A stretch of 61,325 nt of DNA, counting the filler, from Rhabdomonas costata (taxonomy: Eukaryota), in the NCBI GenBank assembly GCA_019059605.1. It is 15 parts of 15 records of this genome, joined end to end, with 100 filler letters (N's around TTAATTAATTAA, not from the genome) between each part and the next. Parts side by side here need not be neighbours in the genome. Positions count along the whole stretch, not along the records: positions 36,953 to 40,939 come from JAHMHO010000418.1; positions 41,040 to 45,021 come from JAHMHO010000420.1; positions 45,122 to 49,106 come from JAHMHO010000421.1; 12 more parts are not named here. One strand, given 5' to 3'. The position numbers and the translations under genes were made by a program. This document shows, piece by piece, positions 38,681-48,461 of this stretch; within the stretch, counting starts at the first letter, position 1; each line of letters opens with the position of its first letter. Below the pieces are notes generated by a model. The model saw only the letters and a program-made list of their open reading frames with translations. It was not told where the DNA came from and ran no database searches.

Positions 38681-40310
38681 GTGGGGGTGTCCCCTGGCGT
38701 GGTTGTCCTCGAGGTGGCCGCGGGAGCGCAGCACACCCTGATTCGCACCTCGACTCATCAGGTGTGTGGGTGCACAGGCTCAAAATGTGAGCCCAGGCCC
38801 TAGACTGGCTGGTGGTCATTTCTCCTTTTTGGAATCGGATGTGGTGCCATCGTCTGGTCATGGTAATCCCTGAAGCCCTGGTCTCGCTGGTCATGGCAAT
38901 CCCTGAAGCCCAACATCGCTGTACGACCCATCCCAGAACTCTGAATGGCCCAACCTAGTTGTCTGCTTTCCTTCTTGCTCACCAAGGTTGCCAGCCCCGC
39001 TGTGCCCCCACCATCTTGAACACACAGGTCTATAGCTTTGGCTCCAATTCCGCCGGGCAGCTGGGTTATGGTCTTGTGAGCCCTACAGACAACACCACTG
39101 TGCTGAACCTTAGTTCTGTCCCCATGGAGATCACCCCGTGGTTTGACTCCCCGGTGGTTCAGCTCGCTGCAGGGTACAAACACACATTAACGCGCAGACA
39201 CATACACACATGCAGGTATGCACTCACATCTTCCGTGTTGCTTGCTTTCCCTCTCCCCATGGCGGTGCCCTTTGGTAGTACTGCCTTTCCGTTGCCATTG
39301 GTTGATATAGCTGATGTTGGTTGATGTAGTACAAATGTCTCATTGCAGCGTATAGATCTGAATCAACACGTGAACTCAGCCAGACCACTCCTCCCTCGCG
39401 CCCGGGGTGTCCTCGTCGAATTGGACTGCTTGCAGTCCGCACGCACGCACGTGTGCTACCCCACAATGAGGAAGTGGCTCGTGGAAGGGAACTGCTCATG
39501 TCGTTCTGTGCTGACATTCACTGCAGTGCAGTGCAGTGCAGTGCAGTGCAGTGCAGTTTCGTGTTCTGAAATGCGACTAGTCTGGTCTGCTTGAGGCTTC
39601 CATAAATTTTGGAACGGCCTGCGTCCTTTTCCTGCAGGTGTGCACATAGCGTGGCGCTGACTCAGGCGGGGCGGGTGTACGTATGGGGAAGCAACGAGCA
39701 TGGGCAGCTGGGGTTGTTGGGTGGCCCCTCCGTGACAAACCTCTCGGACATTCCCATCGACATCACAGGTGCGCAACTGCAGACCCTCGCTCCCCTCTCC
39801 CATCCTCCCATTGAGTCCTCTTTTGCTCCGGCTCCGATGTACCGGGCCCATTTTCTGTCCATGTGGGTTAGGGTTTGTTTTGTACTATCTCCACGCACAC
39901 TGCTCTGTGCCACTGCCACAATCCAGTCTCCACTCTCTCACCCACCCCACTCACCAGCACCACCGCAACGTTTTTGGCAAAATGTGAAACGATTCCAACT
40001 TACTAAAATTACAGCGTCAGTACCCAACCTAAGATCGCCCTCGCCCACAAATGCCCCCCCCCCATTCACAAGCCATCCCATCTCACCTCTCCCCTTTTCC
40101 CAGCTTCCTTCGCGGTTCCCGTCACCTCGGTCGTTGCTGGGTGCAACTTCACTGTGGCGCTGTCCCGCTCCGCGGGGTCCCTCACCACGGTGTGGTCGTT
40201 TGGTCAGAACTCCGCTGGGCAGCTCGCCACTGGGGACTTGATGGACCGGGCGACCCCGACCAATGTCACCGCCGCCTTCCTCCCGGAGACGCTAATCAGC
40301 GTCAGCGCAG
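38681..40310 (+). CDS. RCC1/BLIP-II repeat protein, internal exons 38681-38761, 39028-39173, 39638-39768, 40104-40310
   Basis: Repeats VAAGAQHTL..|VYSFGSNSAGQLG, LAAG|CAHSVALTQAGRVYVWGSNEHGQLG and VVAGCNFTVAL...VWSFGQNSAGQLA. Junctions are in phase. Confidence 0.9.
39522..39557. repeat. (GTGCA)n pentanucleotide microsatellite in RCC1 intron
   Basis: About 7 tandem units, seen directly. Confidence 0.9.
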
Positions 40311-41579
40311 GTCTCTTAGTATGTGTCTGCGAGTCGAATGTAATATGAAGGCCCTCTCAGGGCATAGCGCTGCTCGCTTTTGCTGCGGGAGTCTCTTGGT
40401 TGCAATTTTCCAACAACAGCAACAACTGACGTGCCTGTCCGGGGAGGGGGAATCCAGGGCACTGCTCTCTGTTTCTCAGCGGCCCCAGTGGTCGCGCATA
40501 CTCTTCCATGAGGAAGTCGTCGAATGTGTGAATGCAAAGTTGATGGCAGTATGTGGGAGTGTGAACGGTCCCGCACCCAACGAGCTGCGAAAGTTGGGGT
40601 TTAAGTTGAATATCCACAGTCGCCCAAGTGATCGCGTGACGTTGGAGAATGCGGTCCCAAAGGACCTTGACAGGCCCACAAGTGTGCTGATGACAAGGTG
40701 AAGCGCAGGTTATGCTGATGACAAGGTGAAGCGCAGGTTACAATGTACGTACCAACCCCAGTTTGAAAGCTTGAGCTCTTGCCACAACCAAATGGAGAGA
40801 TGGACAGAATCTGGTTTTGTTGGCCCTTTGCTTCCATCAAGACAAGATTTGCGACGATGTCACCCACCTGTGATTTTATGTCCTTCGCGCCGACCCTCTC
40901 ACTTCTGCAGGCCACCAAAAACCCAAACACACTCAACAANNNNNNNNNNNNNNNNNNNNNNNNNNNNNNNNNNNNNNNNNNNNTTAATTAATTAANNNNN
41001 NNNNNNNNNNNNNNNNNNNNNNNNNNNNNNNNNNNNNNNTTTTTTGTTGCCGTGCGCCCGGGACACTGCAGCAAAAAACCGAAAGCCAGAAAGACCATAG
41101 GGAAGGAGAGCACTTTTTACCGCTCGCCAGAATCGACACCGTTAGGACAAAGGGGGAGGGAGGCAAACGACGAGCAGCTCGGTGTCATACGTAACGACGA
41201 GGCTTAGGGACCAAACCACTGGTTTGAGAGACTGGGACAGTAGTGTATGTTTATATAGGGTTTTTAAACGATAATATAGGGCTTATATATGTAAATATAT
41301 TTTATGAAAGTTTATATGTATAGCAGGCTACACCGTAAATCGAGATTTCACAACCTTGCGTCTTCACCAAGAGACAGAATATACCACCCAAGCCTAGCGG
41401 CATAAAAACAAACCAAAAAGACTACAGTTCGCAACGTTACGGACTAAGTTATCGATTTCGGGGTGTAACTAGGCTTATTATGTATATGTTTGTGCGAAAG
41501 AAAAAGACGGAGAAGGGGAAAACGGGAAGAAAAAAAGAGAAGAAAAAAAGGTGATGGGTAGAATTGTCGATAAACATAC

Positions 41580-43031
41580 GGTCAAAAGAGAGGGAATTGC
41601 TGCCGTCGGCCGCGGGGCCGGGGTGCCGGCCGGTGCGGTGCTTCTGCAGCCCCTCGTCCATGTCCCTGACGTGCGCGCACAGCCGTTGCAGCGTGCACTC
41701 CATCTCCGCCACCTGTGGGAGAAGGGGGAAGGGGGGACGGCTTGCACAAACCACGAAGTAAACACAATAAAAAAGGTATGTGTGTGTGTGCAAGTGCACA
41801 TGTGCGGTGTATGCACGTATGTGAGAACACGAGTGATCGTTTGGCATTGTGTATCGCAGAAGCGGCGTTCTGCCGAACGTTTCGTTTGAAGGGGTGGCAC
41901 TTGTCCACTTGGTTTTCCAGGCAATGGCTGCTCCGCCAATGCAGATTCCCCACCGCTGTTGGGTGCAAACGCGGGACTCGAACCCAAGACCTCTAGGGCG
42001 GGAGACCTGTGTTCGACCACTGGACTACGGGGGGAAGCCCTGGGACGGCGCTCCCATGGCTCCTGTACCGAGAGGGTGGAAAATTGTGCCTGCAAGAGCG
42101 GGGATTGAACCCGGAACCTTCCCACAGAGAGACCGGAGAGCAGACCACTGAGGCAGCGGTCGCGCTGGAAGATAAAGGGAAGGGGGGGAGTGATCTAGGG
42201 AAGGTATGACGTCGCTGAAGAAAAAGCAATGCAGAAGCAGCAGCAGAGAAGGGACACAAACAACGCAACACAAACAACGCACACGGACGGACGGGATGAC
42301 GATGGGGGGAATCCCGCCCAAGACCTTCTCCGCGAGAGCCCCATGATCACGCCCTGTGACCTCATCCACCACAGGGTCTTTTGGTGAGGTAGGGAGCGTG
42401 GACGGCACCACCACAACTGCCGCACCCCCGCTGCCACAGCCGCCCACTGGGATAGCTGAGGGCGTGGTTGCAGAGGGTGGGGTGTCGCGCAGGTCTAGGG
42501 CGCGGTTCAAGGGGAAGAAGCTGATGTCCCGGCGCTGAAGCTTTGCGCTGACGTAGGACTCCTGGCCTGTGTACTCGTCCTTTGAGAGGGCAGGGGGGCG
42601 AATTTGCGATTGCAATTGTTTCTATTCATTAGCAGTCTCGTGCTTCTTCTGGTGCTGGTGCAGTTTTTGTGTCCTCGTTCTGCCTTCTGTCCAGCGTTCG
42701 TCCTTCTTCAAGTAATAATTTATACGATTGACGGGCAGAGAGCAGGGGAACACATTGAACTCAGAAGGGAAGGGGTGGGAAGGGAGGGGATGAAGATATA
42801 GAAAGGGGGAAATGTGCCAGAGTGATTCCGCGGTGTATGTACAGCGGCACAAGCAAGTAAAACCAAGTGAAGAAGTCTTTATGCCTCCTTCCTTCCTTCC
42901 TCAGAGCAACAGAGGAAGATACACCGGTTCACGCGCAGAATAATCTCGCCGCCCTCGCACACTTTTTCAGAAAGCTTTAGGTCTCTGCCGTAGGGGCTCG
43001 AGTTTGGCGGGCAAGCACTAGTTCACACTTA

Positions 43032-43072
<41 letters not shown>

Positions 43073-43787
43073 CAGGCTTGCGCTGCAGGTGGTGCATGAA
43101 GTACAAGTACTGTGGGAGCGCAATTGCCCAAATGAAATAGCAGCACGAGCAATTGGCAATCGCCACACAAAATTCACCCCCAAGCTCACCCTCCAGTCTT
43201 TACTGGAACATTCCGGTCCAGTTCAGAGCAGAGAAAGGGGCTCATGTTTGTTCCCATTTGGTGGAAGCGACTTTTGGTCAATGCACCAAATGCCTCCAAA
43301 CAGCAAAAGGCGGGGTCGAACATCCACAGACGCGCATATTTTTTCCCGACCGACCTTCATGCAATGCACTTAGGTAGCACGCGGGGGCGAGGGGAAGGGT
43401 GAGACCTGCCACATGTTGTGAGCGTGCTTGATGTGGTGGGCGAACCCCTCCTCGGTGTACCTAAAGATGCCGAACGAGCCAATCTACCCCACATTCACCA
43501 CATAATGTGTGGGAGGGAGTTGAAGTTGAGGTTCCAGAAATGGGAACTACTGTCAGTGGTGGATCAGATTAGTTCAGCAACCTTCAGTTAGGCAGCACAG
43601 GGGAATCAGACCTTTTCTGGACTCTGCAGATAAAACAATCGAGGAGTTGAGGCAATAGCTGAGAGGGAAATCATTGCGCAACCCACCTCACAACAAAAAG
43701 TATATGAGTATCAGCAGTCTCGCGGCAGATAAGAAGGTGCGCGGGGAGCAAGTGCCTGTCAAAGGTGTACGCGTCGATGCCGCAGCA
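41580..43787 (-). CDS. ITPR: Inositol-1,4,5-trisphosphate/ryanodine receptor family channel, C-terminal part; exons ~43787-43756, 43460-43406, 43109-43071, 42579-42325, 41712-~41580
   Basis: CGIDAYTFD|RYTEEGFAHHIKHAHNMWQ|YLYFMHHLQRKPE|DEYTGQESYVSAKLQRRDISFFPLNRALDL matches the IP3R C-terminal C2H2 / HNMW / EYTGxESYV signature and is followed by a coiled coil. Confidence 0.88.
41964..42034 (-). ncRNA. tRNA(Gly)-like pseudogene or SINE head, copy 1
   Basis: A-box TAGTCCAGTGG, B-box GGTTCGAGTCC, a CCC anticodon-like loop and a 3' ...TGCA. The acceptor stem does not pair. Confidence 0.6.
42091..42162 (-). ncRNA. tRNA-like pseudogene or SINE head, copy 2
   Basis: A-box-like TGCCTCAGTGG, B-box GGTTCAATCCC and 3' ...TTGCA. 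Colinear similarity to copy 1. Confidence 0.55.
43035..43070. repeat. (CA)n/(TG)n microsatellite forming an IP3R intron donor
   Basis: The minus strand reads gag|gtgtgtgt... Confidence 0.9.
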
Positions 43788-44572
43788 CGATGTTGAAAGA
43801 AGAGAGGCATACGTTGGGGGGAAAGGGAATGCTCGGTCGTGGGTCCCCAGTGGGCCATCCACTTATCCAGTTATATGCCCGTGTCACCTCAAAATGTAGA
43901 GGTAGACAAACCAACAAGAAGCGAAAGCAACTCCAGGCAAAAGCCTGGGTTTTTCACCACCCCTTTTTAGTCCGAAAATGCCGCCCGACTTTTTCGGCTG
44001 TGACTTCGGCTGTGAGGTGATGCGTACAATATTACGCATCGCACCACCCCAAATCCAAGGACGGGTGAAGATAACAGGAATAGCAAACCGTGTTGCCATG
44101 TGCTGTGCCCATTCCAACTGGCACTCCTCTAGCTGGACACTCGCTGACGTCATTGCGGGGTTGCGGGGAGGAGAACTATTACTCCACCCAGCACAACACG
44201 TTTGGGATGTGAGGGCTTCCCAAGAGGGGAGCGTGAGTTGCCATGCGCACCAAAAAGTTGTCAAGACAAACAGGAAAAGAATTGACATGCACCAATGAAA
44301 ACACAGAATTCGCAGCCAGTCTGTGAGTCAAAGTGAGGGAAGGGAACACGTATCACTGGGAGGACTCGCAAAAAAAACCACCACGAAATACCGGTAACCG
44401 AAAAGTACGCAAAAAAGGGAAGAAAAACATTGCTGGGATGGGGGATGGGGCATAGAATTGTAGAACGAGAACAAAACCATGATAAATATTGCGGTCGGCT
44501 CGTCATGGATGGGTCAATAAGAGGTAGAAAAAGGTATGGTTTTGCTTTTGCACAGAAGAGAGAGCACAGCAC

Positions 44573-44624
44573 CTCCTTGACGCTGATCTCCAGCCACACC
44601 GCGCCATGCTGCGTGAACTTAGCA
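44573..44624 (-). CDS. Isolated exon resembling a histidine-kinase HATPase N-box (AKFTQHGAVWLEISVKE)
   Basis: tttcag| acceptor, |gtgctg donor and GC3-rich codons. Resembles the NAxKFTxxGxVxLxV consensus. Confidence 0.4.
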
Positions 44625-45121
44625 CTGAAAGAGGGCAGGCACAAAAAGCGATAAAGTGGGGTGGGGGAAAACACCCACAACCAAAACCACCAGACCACCA
44701 GGGGGTTTGCAGGCAAAAATCAGCTTCCTATAGACAGGAATGCAAGGTGAATTCTTGGACAATTCGTGAACATCAACAATGGCGGTGACTTTTCTGTCGA
44801 ACCTGCCTTGCAAGGTGAAACTCCTGAAACGCTCCTTTCACGGGCTGAGCACACGTGCGACCGTGAATATCACACGGTCTCTGTCTTCTTTCTTCCGTCC
44901 AGCGCACCGCTCAAATGAATCCAAGCACTGCCCAAAAACGCACAAAGGAGGCCGATAATCACAGAACTAGAAATGGGCAGAGCTTCAAAACGCTGGGAGC
45001 ATTGCCTAAACAGCATCACTCNNNNNNNNNNNNNNNNNNNNNNNNNNNNNNNNNNNNNNNNNNNNTTAATTAATTAANNNNNNNNNNNNNNNNNNNNNNN
45101 NNNNNNNNNNNNNNNNNNNNN

Positions 45122-47930
45122 CGGTGACCTGATGCGAGGATTGGCCCCTGGGCCATCCGGGCTGAGGGCTGATCACTTGCTGCAGCTGGCAGCTTTCCAG
45201 CGGGGGAAGAACAAAGCTGCGCTCGCTGCTGCTTTGGCGTCCTTAATTAAGGTGGCTCTTGCAGGGCAGATACCCGCTGATCTTGGGCGCTGGCTGTGTG
45301 CCGGGAGAGGTGTTCCACTTCGAAAAAAGGATGGGGGTGTACGCCCCCTTGTGGTGGGAGAAGTTTTGCGTGCAACCATTTCTCGCTATGTTATGGTACG
45401 CTCTGAAGTTGCCGCTGCCGAGTCATTACCTGCAGTGCAGTTGGGCTTCTCTCCAGGACGGAACGGCATGCAGGCAGGCATATTTGCAGCGCGACTGTGG
45501 GCTCAGCGAGTGATGTCGAATAAGCATCTGGTCATGGTTAAGCTGGATGTTCGCAATGCCTACAACAGTATCTCCCGTCACTGCTGCTGCGAGGTAGCCG
45601 ACACAATTGACCCCGAACTTTCACAATGGGCACGATGGTGCATGGCCACTCCGGCGCTGCTCAGCTGCAATGGTGAGTTGGTCCTCTGTCGCACCGGTGT
45701 GCAGCAGGGCGAACCTCTGTCGCCGATACTCTTTTGTGCAGGCTTGGCACCAACTGTAATGGCAGTTGCCGAAGGGCATCCTGAGGTTGCGCAGCAATGG
45801 TACTTGGATGACGGGCTTCTCTGTGGTGAGGCTGCCCGCGTGGCCAAGAGCCTGCCCGATATCGAAGCTGCCTTAAGGACGTGCCACTTGGAGCTTAACT
45901 ACAACAAATGCGAGGTTTACTGCCTTGACCCCGAGTCTGTGCCTCAAGAACTACGACACCTCCCTATCGTCGTGAACCCCCGGGACTGGTCCTATCTGGG
46001 TTCACCACTGAGGGGTTGCGGTACCGTGGCCCTTAAAGCTGCGGAGCGGGCCAATGCTGTGGCGTCGATCATTGCCAAATTTGGAGGAAAGTTTCCGCTG
46101 CAGGCTATGCAGCTGCTGCGCTACACTGCTGGTGCTTGTCGTGTACAGCACCTTTCCCAAGCTCTTCCCACGGAAGAAGTTTGGGATGAGGTCCTCAGAC
46201 CAACGCAAGCGGTCCTGCGGAAAGCGTTGGAAGAGATAATCGGATGTCTGGTGAGTGACAAGCAGTGGTTGCACGCCTCGCTACCAGGGCGAATGGGAGG
46301 GTTGGGAATGGCTGATCCTACCGTTGCAGCACATGCGGCCCGGTTTGCCATGATGGTCAATGCTCGGGATGCAATGAGTCAACTCGGCATCCCGCACTCT
46401 TCCATTATCGAGGCGACGAGGGTGGCGGCAGCTGCGTACTGGAACAAATGGGACTTAAAGGGGAGCATACCATTGCCCTCGAAGTCCCTCCAGAAGGATT
46501 TAACCGATGCTGTTCATTCTATTCGGAGGGCGCATTTGGTGGCAGATGTTAACCCCCTGGACCAGGAGCGGTTGACGTCTACTCTCAGTCCACACGCATT
46601 GGACTGGACGCAGGGACCCAGCCCATGGTTTAGCCTCACCCCAGAAGAAGTCCGACAATCCGTGCGCTGGGTGCTGGGGGTCCCAATTAGACCGGGCCCG
46701 TATACTTGCCCTTTCTGCGGAGGTCTTGCTGATGCGAACGGAACTCATGCTGTGGCGTGCGGAATGACAGGTCCCACTGCAATCGGTCACTCTATCGTTA
46801 AACGGGTGCTTGGTATTGTCTACAAGGAGGCTGGTGGTACTGTCGATTTTGAGCAGCCCCGAGAGCGGTCGGGACTGCACCCCGCTGATCTCCTGGTGTC
46901 CGGTCTTACAGCTAAGCCTCTGGCGATTGACCTAACGATCTGGTCCAGATACTGGGATGGGCCCGACCCGCTTGATGCTGTTGTTGCACGCAAATTGCGC
47001 AAGAACAAACCAATGTGCGTTGCCAAAGGCTGGGTATGCAAACCATGGGCCGCAGATGTATATGGCGGGCTTCACCCGGCAGCGCGTCAGATGGTGGCAA
47101 GAGTAGCCAGGGAGGTGGCGAAGAGATTTTCGGATATACCCTCAATCTCCTCTGCTTCCAAGATGGTTTGGAGAGCTGTGTCAGCGGCAGTGTTGGCAAG
47201 GGCGGCAACCCACTTGGTAAGGCACGTCACCTCAGACGTGAGTCAGGTCACCGTGCCTGGACGACCACAGGATGAGCTTGCAGGCGTGGAAGATGGGGAG
47301 CTTAACTTGGCGGACGAGGAGGACGAGGCTTTACTCAGGATTGAACCGGATGCAACAGGAAGCCCAATCGATGCGGCAGCGACCTCAGCCACCCTGGGCA
47401 TCAACACCCCACCGCCTGGTGAGCTGATGGTTACTGGCGAGGAGCTTGAGCGGACTGCGATCACGGAGCCTTCTTTCTGGGACCTCGTCCCCAACGCCGA
47501 GCTGGGCCTTGCCCCATGGCCCCGCGACTTCGTTTTGCTGCAAGGCCCTGCGCCTGTGGCAGCATTTTCTGTGCACGCCCCCGGGAAGCAGCGGTTGCGA
47601 GAGCAGCTTCCACTCACAGCTAACGTTGGCGTGCTCAAGGAGCGGGCAGCGCAACTATGGGGCGTAGGGCTGCATGAGTTCTGCCTCAGCCTGAAGGGCA
47701 GCGTCCTGGACGAGCTGACACCCCTCCACCACTATGTGCGAGGTGGGGCGGACCTACTCGCAGTGGCGAGTAGTCCCGCCCAGATCCCTTGAATTTGGCA
47801 TGTTCGGCTGTGACAATGTTGACTTTGACAACCTTGAGGGGCTTTTCAGGCGCACAGCTCCTCCACTTGTACAGTATTTAATGCCCCTCCCCCATTTTGT
47901 TCAACTTGTTCCCTCCCCTTTTATTTTTTT
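45122..47930 (+). mobile_element. CRE-clade non-LTR retrotransposon (5' cut by contig edge)
   Basis: Single intronless ORF with RT, CCHC and REL endonuclease domains, then a short 3' UTR and a T-rich tract. Confidence 0.88.
45132..47792 (+). CDS. Retrotransposon polyprotein: reverse transcriptase, CCHC knuckle, restriction-like endonuclease and C-terminal ubiquitin-like domain
   Basis: RT motifs APGPSGLRADHL, PLRKKDGGVRPLVVGEVLR, KLDVRNAYNSISR, GVQQGEPLSP, WYLDDG, YLGSP and SLPGRMGGLG. Knuckle CPFC-x8-H-x3-C. REL motif PADLLV...AIDLT. Ubl-like segment at ~47565-47766. 886 codons without a stop. Confidence 0.9.
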   Translation: MRGLAPGPSGLRADHLLQLAAFQRGKNKAALAAALASLIKVALAGQIPADLGRWLCAGRGVPLRKKDGGVRPLVVGEVLRATISRYVMVRSEVAAAESLPAVQLGFSPGRNGMQAGIFAARLWAQRVMSNKHLVMVKLDVRNAYNSISRHCCCEVADTIDPELSQWARWCMATPALLSCNGELVLCRTGVQQGEPLSPILFCAGLAPTVMAVAEGHPEVAQQWYLDDGLLCGEAARVAKSLPDIEAALRTCHLELNYNKCEVYCLDPESVPQELRHLPIVVNPRDWSYLGSPLRGCGTVALKAAERANAVASIIAKFGGKFPLQAMQLLRYTAGACRVQHLSQALPTEEVWDEVLRPTQAVLRKALEEIIGCLVSDKQWLHASLPGRMGGLGMADPTVAAHAARFAMMVNARDAMSQLGIPHSSIIEATRVAAAAYWNKWDLKGSIPLPSKSLQKDLTDAVHSIRRAHLVADVNPLDQERLTSTLSPHALDWTQGPSPWFSLTPEEVRQSVRWVLGVPIRPGPYTCPFCGGLADANGTHAVACGMTGPTAIGHSIVKRVLGIVYKEAGGTVDFEQPRERSGLHPADLLVSGLTAKPLAIDLTIWSRYWDGPDPLDAVVARKLRKNKPMCVAKGWVCKPWAADVYGGLHPAARQMVARVAREVAKRFSDIPSISSASKMVWRAVSAAVLARAATHLVRHVTSDVSQVTVPGRPQDELAGVEDGELNLADEEDEALLRIEPDATGSPIDAAATSATLGINTPPPGELMVTGEELERTAITEPSFWDLVPNAELGLAPWPRDFVLLQGPAPVAAFSVHAPGKQRLREQLPLTANVGVLKERAAQLWGVGLHEFCLSLKGSVLDELTPLHHYVRGGADLLAVASSPAQIP

Positions 47931-48043
47931 TTGATTCTTTTTTGATGTGTGTGTTGGTGTGTTTTTGTTATGTTTTGAAATGGATCTCTTGAAATGGATG
48001 GGTGAGGAGTGGAATTGGGCCTTGGTGTTGCTGTGACGCTCAG

Positions 48044-48461
48044 GTGGTTACCGGGGAAAGGGCAGAGCGGGAGCAGCTCGAGGCCTTCCTGGCCAACTTT
48101 GACTTCGACCGGGACGGCCGAGTGACCTTTGCGGTGCCCTTTTGTGCAACCCGTTCCCACGCACCCTGCACTTGCCTGCCCGTTCTCTCTTTCACTCCCT
48201 CCCTGATATCTGTTTTACCGATGTCCCGTTCCTGGATATTGTTCAGCGTTTTTCAGGTTATTGCGTATTTCACACTGATTCGTCCTTCGATTCTTTTTCA
48301 GTGTCTTCAACGTGAGACCCCCATCCCGTTGCATCCAGGAGTTTGAGGACTACTACACCTTCGTCAGCGGAAAGATGGACAGTGACGACGAGTTCCTACA
48401 GCTGATGGACCGGGCCTGGAACCTGGACAAGCGCAACCTCGTGGGGATCCCCTTCCACTGA
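48044..48461 (+). CDS. Calcyphosin-like EF-hand protein, last two exons 48044-48133 and 48339-48461
   Basis: VVTGERAEREQLEAFLANFDFDRDGRVTFA|EFEDYYTFVSGKMDSDDEFLQLMDRAWNL matches the calcyphosin C-terminus (EFxDYYxxVSxxxDxDxxFxxMMxxAW). Confidence 0.85.

Noticed and set aside
40686-40740. Short tandem duplications (also 34204-34242 and 38855-38911)
   Set aside because: Two-copy intronic slippage duplications with no spacer structure.
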